This document shows positions 18,866-32,054 of a DNA stretch of 43,981 nt, piece by piece (the first letter of the stretch is position 1; every line of letters starts with the position of its first letter). The notes under the pieces were generated by a model, which did no database searches, had not been told where the DNA came from, and worked only from the letters and a program-made list of their open reading frames with translations. Source of the DNA: Trichinella spiralis (taxonomy: Eukaryota); contig NW_003526945.1 of NCBI RefSeq assembly GCF_000181795.1, positions 2,018,975 through 2,062,955 of the forward strand, read 5' to 3'. Both the position numbers and the translations under genes were made by a program.

Positions 18866-20970
18866 ATGAGCATTTTCATTTCTATAATTTTTACTCTTGC
18901 TTCAACTAGTCTGATTCTGGCAGCGATTGTGACGGAGCTGTGGAGTAAGAAATCCATTGCACAATTTGACGGAACGAAAATCTTTGATGATAATACAACT
19001 CTGATGAAATTTCAAATGGGAAACCTGTACCTGAGATAACGAATGATCTTCGCGTTGCTCATTTCGGCAATAATATATTAAAACTAAAAATGACCTGGGC
19101 AACTGAAGAAGTGCTTAACGTGGTGAATGATGGAAATGCTGAACATCTTACAACCAGCCTCCCTCTTGATTTGAAAAAGGATGCAGAATTCTATATTATA
19201 CTAATTTTTCTCATTTGTTATTCGGCATTCTTCATATTCAATTTTTCTAGTGAAATGCTATTTGTTTGTTCTGATACGGTTGCATTTTTTTACTAAATTT
19301 TTGTTAATATTTTGAAATAATGTATTTGAATTTCGTATTTTTAAGTAAAACTGACTTTAGCTTTTGTATGTCTTGTATTATAACTTTTGTGTGTATTATA
19401 ATTATATTCAATAAATTAAACTATGAAGTTTCGTATTATAAGTTCAATTTAAATTCCACCACAAAATCTTAAATGAATGACTTTCCAATATAAATAAAAG
19501 CTTTATATCATGAAAATTCAGTACAGTGCGCAAATGACTATTATTTATACCTGAGTGAGTATTTTATACAGTAAGTATCTTAATTTTTAAGTGGATGTTT
19601 CCTGTTTATGTTCCTCTCATACTATTTTATTTTGTGTTCGTGTTTGTAAGTGTTAAACTGTTCATGCTAAAGTTATTAACAAAATTCGGTGCAAATGTGA
19701 TACTACCCATAAGCTGTTGTTATTATCAATTCGTGACTGGTTAGGTCTTGCTATCTCTTTATGGGCTAAATGGGTGCTTGTTATGTTTAACAAAATTTAA
19801 AGTTTGATGCTCATTTACATTCAAGCATTTGTAGCAATTTTTTTTAGTTACATGTAACTTAATCTGCTTATTTACGATTCATTTGCTCGCCAACTCTATT
19901 TCTCAAGAAAGAAGCAATATCAGTCATCACTTTTATTCAATATTTTCTGTAAGCCGTTGATATGGTTGAGCTTTTATTTTGTTGTGTTCGGAAGTTATGA
20001 CATTTGTATTGCTGAAAATCCTCAGTTGTCCATTGCAGCTCTTTAAGGTCATTTGATTTTTAAATTTAGTGCTCGCTTCTATCATTACTGAGTTTTTTAT
20101 TAGGCAAATATTGAGCACTTGTGAAAACGACGTTAAGATGTACAACACTGAAGTCATTCGGTCACAATGGCACACGCCACTTAATGTTTATGATTGAATT
20201 TCATCATGGGTGCTTTAAATTGATAATTGATATACATTGATTTTTAGGATTCTTATTTTATTTTGTCAAGCCTTACTGATGTTTATGCTCTGTGTGTTTT
20301 ATATAATTTCTATGTTATCATGCGGTTGCGTTATTATTTGAAAATTGATGAAGCAAACTGGCATACCTGCAGTCCAAAAGATTTATTCTTCGTAAAGCAT
20401 TAATGAACCGTTTATCAACATTTGTCACTTGTTGCCCGTATTTTCAAATTCCTTCATTATGGTTAATAACAGTTGCGTCTTTTATTAGTGTTATTCATAA
20501 TGATATTGGCAGTAAACTTATTTGAAAAGCTAATGTAAAATAAAACTTGCTAGTTTTAGATTTAATTAAAGTATCAGCACTCTAATTATTATGATTATCT
20601 GCACTGCATCACTATGTTTACAGTCATTCAGCACTGAGAGATCTTTCCTGTCAACGTAGCCATTCATTTCAATCGACAAAAAGGCTGAGCTATGAATGGC
20701 TAGTAGCTGGTTGGATATTGGTTGTTGATGCATGTCATTTGTTAGTCGTGGTTTAACTTTTTCTACTTTTGTTAGCCACTATCCGGGGAGCGAACGATTT
20801 TCTTCATTTATATCGGTCTCGATACGCGGGTTTATAATTCACTAAATTAAAAATTCTCATTTCTGATTTAACGGTATTATAATTGAACAGTCATCTGAAT
20901 TTCTATCACAAATGTCAGCTTTTATTTTATTCTCTGACTTTATTTATGGCTGCTGCACTGTTGGAAATGG
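18866..20970 (+). CDS. Putative multi-pass membrane protein (tetraspan/claudin-like topology), apparently frameshifted; exon structure incomplete
   Basis: ATG 18866 begins a hydrophobic segment SIFISIIFTLASTSLILAAIVTELW. Reading continues in another frame after ~19000 (SNGKPVPEITNDLRVAHFGNN..MTWATEE). Downstream exon-like pieces end in GT donors, most also with AG acceptors (KFGANVILPISCCYYQFVT ~19680-19738; VLASIITEFFIRQIL ~20070-20185; LLFYSLTLFMAAALLEM ~20919-20969). Family assignment is inference only. Confidence 0.4.
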
Positions 20971-21867
20971 TTAAGTGCCTAATGCAACTGTAATCTTTTC
21001 TAATTTCATTATCTTTGGTAAGAAAACATGCATTTTCAAATCAGTAATGTTTTCAGTGGTTTAAAAAGGATGTTCACTGTTTACAACAACTAAATAAGTA
21101 GCTGTGTCTGCACTCGTTGTGCTGATGCAACTGTGGAGCGTTATGCGCTGAAATAAAACGGTATATGTAAGTATCTCGCTTGATTCTTGGGTTTTCATGG
21201 CTTTGTTGTCATTGTTTTCTATTATATTTTCTATTATATTTTCTATATTTTTTTAGCTATTAGAGATTTTATATTTTATTAAGAGCTATTATATTTTCTT
21301 TATTATAAAAATGCTTGTAAAGCTTTTGATGATGTTTTCTTGCGCATATTTTATTTATTTGTCGCAAATACTAAAATTGTGTGTTATTTTGTATGACATG
21401 CATTATATGACTAATTATACTGATTTGACAGACTCTTTTTCTATTTGCTAATACAAATTGAATGGGTTTTTGATATATGAATTGGCCTTATTTTTATTGA
21501 CTAGACAACAACCATCACCTCTTGCCACTTGTTTTGCAGTGTTCTTTTCGTTATGTATTGCATTAATAGTTTTGAAGTTTATTATGCGTTGAAAATAATG
21601 TAAGAAATGCAAGTGTTTATTTTGAAGTATTTTCGTTGTTTTTATGCTTTAAATGTTATCATATTTTTGTTATTTCTATTTATCGTTAATCTTAATCATT
21701 AAACTTGATTGTTTTATTGTTTTACAGTATACCAACGTAAAAGTCGGTATTGGTGGTTTGAAAATTTTTGCAGCTGGGGATTCGGTACGTAACAAAGCGT
21801 TTTCAATACTTGTTGAATTTGTGCATGCATGAATTTTGATATGTATTTTTTATTTAAAATAGGCTTA

Positions 21868-24800
21868 ATGGCGTCTTTGAAACGTGTGGTGTTCGCTCAA
21901 TGCACTGTGGTTAATTCTTATCGTCTGTTTTCTTCTAGAACAGTAAATTTTTATTTATAAATTACTCTAAGTGAAGTTTTTAATTTTATCATATTTTATT
22001 ATTTAGCCTCCTCCCAATTACTTCGTTCGTCATTCGAATCTTTTTGGTCCGGTAAGATATTGATGGATTATTTTAGAAATCATGTCTAAAATGTTACGGT
22101 TTTTTTTGAATAATTCAATTTTCATTTAGTATTCGTAAATTGCTTTTAATTTTTGACACTGTTAATTATTATTGTAAAATTGACTTTGCGTAAGATTAGT
22201 CCGCTTTATGCCTTTTTAATAATATGAAAGTATTGCAATTTAGAAAATACTAGTGAAATCTCTGAAAATTACGTGCTTGCTTCACGGTGCAGCTAATGGA
22301 TCGCTTATGGCAGGATTGAATGCTAAAGGTAAATCTACCACCGACTGGACAATTGTGAAGAAGATTCTTTTGTTTGTTTGGCCGAAGGGAAATCCAAGAC
22401 TGAAATCTCGTGTTGTACTTGCTTTGTGTTTTCTAATAGCTGCGAAAGTATTTGTTTTCGTTGTTTTGTGTTTTAACGTTGTTCATTATTATATATGTAT
22501 CGGTGTGATTTCAGTTAATTAACGTTACAGTTCCTCTGATTTTCAAACAAGCTGTCGACTATTACGAGAAGATGGGCATAAATTTGTTTCCAACAGATGA
22601 AACGATTTCACGAGTTACATCCGTCGGCTTTGCTATTCTGATATCTTGTAAGTGAACATTTTAAAACATTTCCATAAAATAGAGAAATATACAGTGGATT
22701 CTCGCTTTTGAGATGGAATTGCTAGAAGTTGTGCATCGTTGTTTAATGAATTGCGAAACGCAGTTTTTGCGAAAGTTTCCCAGCATTCCATACGCAGTAT
22801 TGCCAGGTCGATATTTATGCATTTGCATACGCTGGACATGAATTTTCACATTAATCGGCAAACTGGAGCCCTTGGGAAAGCACTTGATCGTGGATCTCGG
22901 TTATAATTTAGATAGCTTTTATTTTGAATTTTTCATTTTTATGTTTTGTCTGTTTTTCAGAGGCATAAATTTTGTGTTAAGCGCTCTTGTATTTAACATT
23001 TTTCCGACAGCATTTGAATTCGGTTTAGTGACCAGCATTATGGTATTTTTATAATGTTAAGCGTTTTATTTTTTCCTGTTATTTCATTTTGTTTAGTATT
23101 ATAAATTCGGTCCAGAATTTGCTCTTCTGACGTTGGGCTGCATTGGTTCGTACAGCACATATACCGTAATGCTAACTCGTTGGCGGTGAGTTCATTGTTT
23201 TGTTCATTTAAGGAGTGTACTTTAAACTTGAACAAAAATTTACAGAATTTAGTAAATTTAATTGAATAACGAAGGCTATTTGTTGGTGTTTACGTTAAAT
23301 TTTGTTCTTCATTTTGCTTTTTCAGTACCAAGTTTCGTCACGAAATGAATGAATACGACAATGCGGCTGGCAGTTCTGCGATTGACTCGTTAATCAACTT
23401 TGAAACAGTGAAGGTATGCGGGTGGAAAAATTGTTTTTTTTACTATTCAGTTAATTGCTGCATATTTTTTTCTTTCACACTTTCAAGTATTTCAATAATG
23501 AAAAATTCGAAGCAGATCAGTATGACAGTTTGTTAGCCAAATTTGAAGAAGCCTCATTGAAAACGGCATCTTCATTGGCTTTGTTGAATTTTGGCCAGAA
23601 TGTCATTTTTTCGGTTTCATTAGCTGGTATTATGGTTTTGTCTGCACAGCATATTGTAGCTGGTAAGTGAAAATGCTTTTTAAATTTATCTTTATATTGA
23701 AACTCAATGAAGGTGAATTATCAACTAGTGAATTAATTAATTATTTCTTATGGCAGAAATGTGATAATCTAAAAATGAACAAAATGTATTTGTTAAGCAA
23801 AATTGCGGTATTTTCAATTGTTTATTTAGGTACTATGACCGTTGGTGATATGGTGATGGTGAATGGCTTACTTATGCAACTCAGCTTTCCGTTGAATTTC
23901 TTGGGCAGCGTTTACCGCGAAGTGAGACAAAGTGTAATTGACATGCAGGCGATGTTCAGCTTGCTGCATTTGGAACCTACCGTGAAGGTTGTATTCATTG
24001 TTTTTTGAGCGTATAATTTTGTCGTTTGTACTGCTTTTTTTCAGGAGAAGCCGAATGCGACTGTTTTAAGCCTCACGGCCGAGGAGGCGTCGATTCGATT
24101 TGAAGACGTCTGGTTTGAATACATTCCTGGGCAGAAAATTTTAAAAGGAATCACATTCACTGTGCCTGCTGGCAAAAAAGTGGCTATAGTAGGCGGAAGT
24201 GGTTGCGGGTTTGGAAATTTTATTTTTCATTCCTTTGTGCGCAGCTGGACATTGAAAATTTATGATGTAATAATTTCAGAAAATCCACAATAGTGCGACT
24301 TTTGTTTCGATTTTACTGTACGGATAAAGGTAACATTTATGTTGGCGACCACAATATCTGTGATCTGACTTTGAAAAGCTTACGTGATCACATTGCCGTG
24401 GTTCCTCAGGTGAAGTGTCTCTCTTTATCTTTGTATTGAATTTTACAATTTTTGTTTCAGTATTTTTCATTTTATTTTATTTTATTTTATTTTCCAGGAC
24501 TGTGTTCTTTTTCACAACACAATTTTGTACAATATTCATTATGGCAATGTGAATGCATCACTGGATGAAGTATACGAAGCAGCTCGAGTGGCGGATTTGC
24601 ATGATGCCATTATGCGCATGCCACATGGCTACGATACTGTGGTTGGTGAACGTGGTCTTAAGTTGTCAGGTAAATAAATAAATAAATTTACATACAGATG
24701 TGAACGTGTTTTTGTGCAAGTCTGATTTTAAATAATTTCAGGTGGCGAAAAGCAGCGTGTAGCGATTGCACGTGCGATACTGAAAAATGCTCCCATTATT

Positions 24801-25283
24801 ATCTACGACGAAGCAACGTCTTCATTAGATCCCATTACTGAAAAGGTTTTATTTTTCAATTTTTTTAAAATTTTATTAAGTTGGAACAATTTTAACGTTG
24901 TTCAATAGAATATTATGCGATCCATGAAAAAAGCGATCTCAAATCGAACGTCTCTTTTCATTGCTCACCGTCTTGCTACGATAGTGGATGCCGATTTGAT
25001 TGTTGTTCTTGAAGATGGGGTTGTAAAAGAATTCGGCCAACACCATGAGCTGCTTGCCAGGCCGAATAGCAGGTTCAATTCCGTTTCTATTTTGTCTTTA
25101 TTTTTAGTTTGAAAAATTTGAAATATTTTTCCATTACATTATTTTAGATATTCACTTTTATGGCACAGTCAGCACAGAGCTATCGGAGGCGGTGTTGCGG
25201 AAGAGTCGAAAAGTAGTGCATTGCAAGCGGCGATTGATGAATTGAAATTCAAAAAGTGCTGCACAACGCCGTGCAACAGTTGA
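21868..25283 (+). CDS. abtm-1: Mitochondrial ABC transporter ABCB7/Atm1 (Fe-S precursor export), 16 exons
   Basis: Exons 21868-21942, 22007-22051, 22244-22447, 22515-22647, 22713-22899, 22961-23042, 23097-23185, 23326-23413, 23488-23662, 23830-23987, 24045-24208, 24280-24409, 24498-24669, 24742-24845, 24909-25072, 25148-25283. Motifs: basic presequence [71 protein letters not shown], Walker A GGSGCGKST, signature [13 protein letters not shown], Walker [18 protein letters not shown], and a Cys-rich tail [10 protein letters not shown]. Confidence 0.96.
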
Positions 25284-28200
25284 AAATTCACTTTGCACAA
25301 TTCATTTCAATTCAAATTTATGTGTGTATATGGCTCGACTGTTTTGCTTCATATTGATAAGCTTGTTCTCAATTTTGCAGATGTGATGCAGTGCAGCCGA
25401 AGAGAAAGCGCAACTTTTCATTTCATTGTTGTTCGGTAAACGCAATTTTCAACATCTGCATTAGACGAAGAATTGCGCTGATGATGTTGATCAACGAGTA
25501 AAATTTTCCACTTACTGCGACGTTAATTTCTAGCAATAATAACATGCAAATCAAAAGCAAATGAACACGGGCAACGTTCGTTGTTAAACACAGATGTTGC
25601 GAGTAGTTGTAAAGATTTATAGATTGATTTAAAAAACGAATCTTTGTTGGGTATTTAAGTTGAAACATGTGGAAATACGTTGTTGAAATGTTCTTTTTCT
25701 TCTTCGAAATTATACAGCAATATGTTTTTTTACATCGATTTGCCAGCTTTGCTGGAATCAATTGGCAGTTTGCTCTGTTATTGATTTTTGCGCAACGAAA
25801 TAAATCAATAAAACTAGAGAGAGAACAAACATTTGGAAACTTCTTTTCCAGCCTCACTTTCGCTGAACGAACAACACTGAACGCTCATAATTCAGCCAGC
25901 ATAAAATTCAGCTCAATTTCATATCATCTTCAATTTTTATTTAAATATTTTATGCCGTTAGCAAAACGCTTCAAAAAAAATCCTAGGCTGATAATAATCA
26001 TCATAATTCTTGCCCAACTACTATTTATCATTTTAATTGTACTTGCATTTCGGATACTGTAGGATATGGTATAATGAGTTGGTAAAAAGTTTTTATTTTT
26101 TTAATTTATGTTGGATGTTAGCGTTTAAATTATTTTTCAATTCACGTAACTTTAATTTCAAAACATAGCGTCAAGAATTTACCGACTTCACAGCATACTT
26201 TGTACCGTAATCGTTCTGTGGTCAATTTGTCAGTTCGACTGAACTAATGCGTTTTACTCGATTTTCAGTTGATATTGACGTACGAATGTAATTTGTTTTT
26301 CAATTTTTATTTAAATTTTCTTGGAATATATATTATTGAAAAACTTCGGCCGAACAGAAATCTTACTGTACACTTTTTCATTTTGTTTACATCGACGCCC
26401 ACGCTTGAATTTTCTGCGTTCTAGCAGTCGCCTCTGCGTCACCGCTTCCTCTGATTCACCGAAACATTTTTACAATTTTGTTTCACAATGTCAGTTGACG
26501 ACCTGCTGTTCATCATTCTCATTTTTGATTGTTTTCTTCTTCTCTCACTACGCATTTTCGACTGTTCGTTGTCAGATGGTGAAATTGTTTTTCTTCTCTT
26601 CGCTTTACTTGTTCGTTCATTTTGTTTTCTTGATTTGTTGTACGGTCGTTGTACGGAAAGAAATTTTCATTTCAATTCCACAGTTGAAATTTGCACACGG
26701 CAGCTTTATTTAAATTTTGCTTTTTCCGGTTGCGAAGTTTGTCGACGATTTTGTTTTCAACTGCTTTCGTCATTTCTTTCGATTGGTCGTTCAAAATTTT
26801 CAGCTCAGCGTTTCTCTGTCAGCCATGTGCATCAGTTCAACGCGTTGTTGGCGTTGTTTGTTGGTCGCTTTTTCATTTTCTCTCTCTTTCTCTTCGCTTG
26901 GCTTCTCTTTGCTTTGCTTTGCTTTGCTGATCTTCTGATTTTGCTAGTTGTTTTTTTACAAATTTGAAAAATACAAGGTAAAATTCTTTCACAAGGCAAT
27001 CAACAAATTTTAGTTTTTTTTTCCGTTTAATTTACAATTTTGGAAAGGTTGGTGGTGAAATTGTTGTTTTCATCATTTGATCTGTCATTCGCTAGCTAGT
27101 TCAGTGTAGATCAATTAATAATATTTTCTTGCGTTTCATAGCACCAGTTAATGCATTGGTTCTTTCTTTCTTTCTCTTTTTATTCACTTTTTTGAGTCCA
27201 TTGTTCAATAAGCGCTTCGGATTGAAAGGTTCTTACTTCCCGGGAAACCATACTTTTGTTGTGGAACTGTTTATCATTCGTTGAACTAGTAATTTTCAAT
27301 GCGGTACAGTTTTCTTCGAGCGTAAGCTTCATTTACAAGTTTCGAATCATGTTCTATTTACAAGGTCTATTCGATCAGATGACAATAAATTATTAAATTG
27401 AATAGAAATGCTGCAAAAGTTCGATGCATGAATTTTATTGTTTTCCGAATGTGAAAAATGCGTTTATTGTTTCAATTTTATGCGGTTATTTATTGTTTGG
27501 GTGTGTGTTTGAATAACATGCACACTCAACGATTATGACAGTGGTTGAAAATGATTTAAAAAGTTTCATCAGTATGATAAATTGAATTGATTGTTAGCAA
27601 AATTGATCGCTTCACGGGGGCTATGTTGAATAGTGAGTGGTGCATGCGGTGTGTTGCTTTGCTTTGCTTTGCTTTGCTGAACAGGAAGTGAAATCTTGTT
27701 CTGCTTTTTCATTTTGCGATCGTTGGAAAATATTTTCAACATTACAATAAGCTTGCTAATATTCCAATAGAGTTGTCAGTTGTGTTTGATTGGCTGTAAT
27801 TTTTTATGTTCTTTACGGCCAATTTAATTGGCATAGTTTTCGTATTTGTTGTTTGGTTGTTTTAAAAAGTGAAATTCAAATTCGATAAAAAAAAGACAAG
27901 TTAAACATCAGTGCAGCAAAATCTCATGCTAGACGCGAATGTTTGAAAAATGTTGCGCATTGCTTGCTTTTCATTGAAAACGACCGATGTTACGGATGAC
28001 GTTGTTGCAACGTTGAAAATTGGCTATTAGAGTTTGTTGTTTGCTTTGCTGCTTATCATCTTCTAGCAGTGTTGTTGGGGGAAAATTTTTCCAAACGTGT
28101 GCAGCACATGCTTTCAGCGTTGTTGTACTGTTCAATTTGTTCGCGCTTTACTGGCCGGAGAGGTGATGATGTTCTCCGACCAAAGTGACAATGCTCTTTT

Positions 28201-28508
28201 ACTGGTCTGGCAATCAACTATGCAATGATGATGATAAAAATAATAATAATGTCTGCAACTGCTCTCAGAGAAGAAGTATCGTTGAATATAGATCAAGGTT
28301 GTTTTTCGAAAGCAGTCAGTTGTTTACTTTACACTGCGAACATAATTTTATCAATTTTTACACTCGTCGAGCAAGAAGAGTTTTGCAAAAAGCAGCATCA
28401 CTTCGCGTCGCAACGGCTCGAATCGTGTGCATTTCAAATTTCCAAACAACTGCAGCAGATTAAAATGGATTTACATTTTTATTATTTTTGAATATTTTCT
28501 TAATTTAG

Positions 28509-30203
28509 ATGTTTCGAACTGGTCGATATGGACGTCATTTGGCGAACGATCCACGATTCCGTTGCTGTGGATGTTGTCACGTTCAGACCGGCGCCGTTTG
28601 CCTTGGTCTGTACAACATAGTAAGTGGAAGCGTTTTCAATTTCCGATCAAATTTATACTTTTTGTTCAGTTAATTAATTAATTAATTTATCAATTCCAAA
28701 CTGATCATTTTCTACTGTTTTTGTTTTTTCTCTTTATATGTATATATATTAGCCTTAAACATGTTGATCAGTTATCTTTGGAGCAAATTTCCAAATACCA
28801 GTTGTTCGAAATAATATTGTTTCGCATCTTGTTATGTTTAATTTGAATTTTTTCATATGCAGTTAACAGTGAGAAAAAAAGTAATTGAATTTTGTCTTAT
28901 TTATTCAATATATTCAAATAATTGTTCATCGAATGACTAATTGAATGCGCATTTCTGTGTTATAAAAGCCAATTTTTCGCCACCATCCGTCGTCTACTGC
29001 TGATTCAGTGGATGAATGTAGAAGAATGTAAAAGAAATTTTAAAAAATTCTTCTTCTTTTTAGACTTTGCAATGCTTTGCATTGTGTTTTCTGATTTTCA
29101 CCGTCGTCAATCCGGACGTGTTTTTCGAATTGAACGTCAAGCAAGGTCTGCTGCAGTCCGGCTACAATGAATCCTACGAATTGGATGACTTCAACAAAAT
29201 TGGCATTCACGAAAGACTTCCAGAATTGCCCACCCCGGTACCGCAGAACAGTTTCAGCCTGGCCGACAATGACCATCACGCAGGTTTTGTACCATCACGA
29301 GCCGAGGTTTTGGTCATCACTCGACGTCGACTTCGCCCAGGTCTCTCAATTGTTCAGCACTTTTCTTCCATTTTATTTTTCCCTCTCACTCTCCCTCTCT
29401 TTGTCTGCTTATTTTCACTGACTTTTTTGCTTTTTCTTCTAGCCGATGCCCATCTGGCAATTGCTCTCGTATTTGGACTGATGTTCATTACCAGCATGAT
29501 GATTTATGGAATTTTCAAAGTAATTCCATTTTTTTTATCTATCATATGTATTTGATTTCAATTTTCTTCGTCTGCACAGGGACGTCCGTTGTATTTGATT
29601 CCATTCTTTTGTTTCCAAGTGTTCGATTTGATTTTGTCCTGCTTGACAGCTGTTGGCCATTACACTTGGATGCCAAGTGTGGAAGACATCATCCAACAAA
29701 ATGTTTCTCCTTTCGATTCCTTATTATTATTATTATTATTATTATTCTGTTAATATACTTTCTTGTTTTCTTTTCAGCCGGACTTGCCTTTCAGAGATCA
29801 ATTGGCTGGTCTGAATAGCCAGTGGATAGCAATTTGCATTTTGCTGTTCTATTTGCTGATTATAGTGGTCAAAGTGGGTTATTTATTCATCGTTATACTT
29901 CTGTCTATCTTTTATGAATACTTTTATTTAATTTTAGATTTACTTCATCGGCATAGTTTGGTCTTGCTATCAGTTTTTGCAAGCGGCCAATGCTGACAAT
30001 ATGCGACTGGACGATCCCAAAGCCGACATGGACAACGTTCAAGTTGTAGAATTGTGTTTTTCATTTATTTTTATTTTTTTAACTTTTTTTATTTTCAGAT
30101 TTTTACTCCAACTGAAATTGTCGAGACAACAGTGAAATTGCCGCCTGCTTATGACGAATTGCCACCCCAATATACAGCTGCTTATTTCCCATATGCTCGC
30201 TAA
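28509..30203 (+). CDS. LAPTM4: Lysosomal-associated transmembrane protein (LAPTM4/Mtp family), 7 exons
   Basis: Exons 28509-28619, 29064-29340, 29443-29519, 29580-29702, 29778-29873, 29938-30037, 30099-30203. Motifs: RCCGCCHVQTG, LIPFFCFQVFD, IVWSCYQF, four TM segments, and C-terminal PY motifs PPAY and PPQY. Confidence 0.9.
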
Positions 30204-31159
30204 ATACTGGCGCACATTTCTATTTTTTTCCTTATTCATTTCCAAATTGGTGTGTTTGTCGAGTGATTTGCATGATCATATATATATATATATGAAATAT
30301 TCAGTGATAGTATTCAACTGTTGTTTGTTTTTTTTCAACATTTCCCAACCAATCATATCTTGAGGTAATTTTTTTGAAATTTAAATTTATTTTCTCCATC
30401 AACATATTTATTTCCCGAACGTACGAACGTATATTAGATCTGAGCAAATTAACTGACTCATCATCATTTTAGCTTTTCCAAGCGATTGCATGGAAAATGA
30501 TGTGCAGTGTTTTTTCTTTCCAAAAACTATAACACTTTATTTTGTCACATTAAGCACTGTTATTTGTAATTTGCAAAAATGTTACTGCTGTAAATGATGG
30601 GAAATAAAATTCGAAGGAAAGATGAAATTTTGTTTGTCAACAACCATTTTAATAAGTTTGTTGTTTTCATCAATAAAAAATATTTTCCATGAAAAGAGTT
30701 ATTGAGCAACATGTTGATTTTTCTTTTTTTAAATTTACTGACGATCGCGTCAGTGGTAGAAGGATTTGTAGAAAATTGCAGTATGCTTCATCCTAAATGC
30801 ACTTTTACGGTAGAAAGAAATACAATATGGTGATTATTTATTTCTATGGTTAATATTTTCTCGCGGGGCTGAGAATTGTGATCAAGTATGCTCATTTATT
30901 ATTTCAACTTTTACAATTAACAGATTTACATTTACAGGTATGTCCAACGAATGTACATGTCGAATTATACAAGATTCATTTCAAGTTCGTGAAATAAATT
31001 AATTATTCAAAATTGGGAGTCAATGGGAATGCACGAGCAAAACGTTTGGCACAAATGTACAATCTCTTAATATTTCGATTTTCACTGGCATGTTCACAAA
31101 TTCAAATGGCTAATGACCATCTTTACAAACCTCGTCTTGGTCGTGCGGTACTTGATTTT

Positions 31160-31920
31160 CACAATTAGGGACAGTACAAGGAAAACAGTAATGTGCAATA
31201 CTGGACCTTACGTCACGGTGGATGAGCGGCTCATTCCATTCAAGGGCCGTTGTCCATTCCGGCAGTACATGCCGAAAAAGCCAGCAGAGTATGACATCAA
31301 AGTTTGGACACTTTGTGACGCCAAGACTAGCTATGCTTTTGGAACATGCAGATTTGCACCGTGGCATGAGCATCAGGTATTCGTGAGAAAAATCAGGGTA
31401 TGCGTGTGGTGCTAGACATTACAGGCGGGTTCAAAGGGAACAGCATTACTTGTGATAATTTCTTCACTTCTCATGAATTAGCAATGAAGCTATTCAAGAA
31501 GAAGCTCACCATAGTCGATACCATCATGAGAAGCAAGCCGGAACTACCGCAAGGTGTACTGGTATTAAGGGGGCGAGCTGTGCAGTCGTAGAAGTTTGTA
31601 CTCATAAAGGAATGCACAGCAGTACACATTCCCAAAATGCACAGGATAATGCTTCTTCTTAGCGCAATGTACAAGAACGCGTCCTTGAGTACCAGGAAAG
31701 ACTATAAGCCAGAAAGGATTGTCGATTATAAACGCCACAAAAGGTGGTGTGGACAACATGGGTAAAATGATGGCAGCATACACCTGCCAGAGTGTGACAA
31801 CATCAGTCACGTATACACAAATAACAGCGATTTAATGTGGATACACTACAACCCCAAGTAGAATGCCATCAAAATGTACCAGCATCGCTTGCACCTTGAA
31901 GAAACAGGAAAGGCGCTGAT
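31160..31920 (+). mobile_element. Degenerate piggyBac transposase fragment
   Basis: GPYVTVDERLIPFKGRCPFRQYMPKKP..IKVW, then ITCDNFFTS and NATKGGVDNM, covering all three catalytic Asp contexts. Interrupted by frameshifts (~31340, ~31730) and a stop (~31589). No TIR or TTAA ends found. Confidence 0.9.
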
Positions 31921-32054
31921 AGGCTCAAGTGAAAGTATTGATAGATTTGCTGTAGGCCTGAATGACACCACTCCGCATGAACATTTATTGAACAATTAGT
32001 TGTCATTACTTTTTATTTCGATTTCAGTAAAATTCTATTTTAAGTTAATTCACG

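Noticed and set aside
25423..26967. Overlapping 130-159 aa Phe/Leu-rich ORFs
   Set aside because: Stop-poor T-rich sequence, likely LAPTM promoter or leader; no domain recognised.
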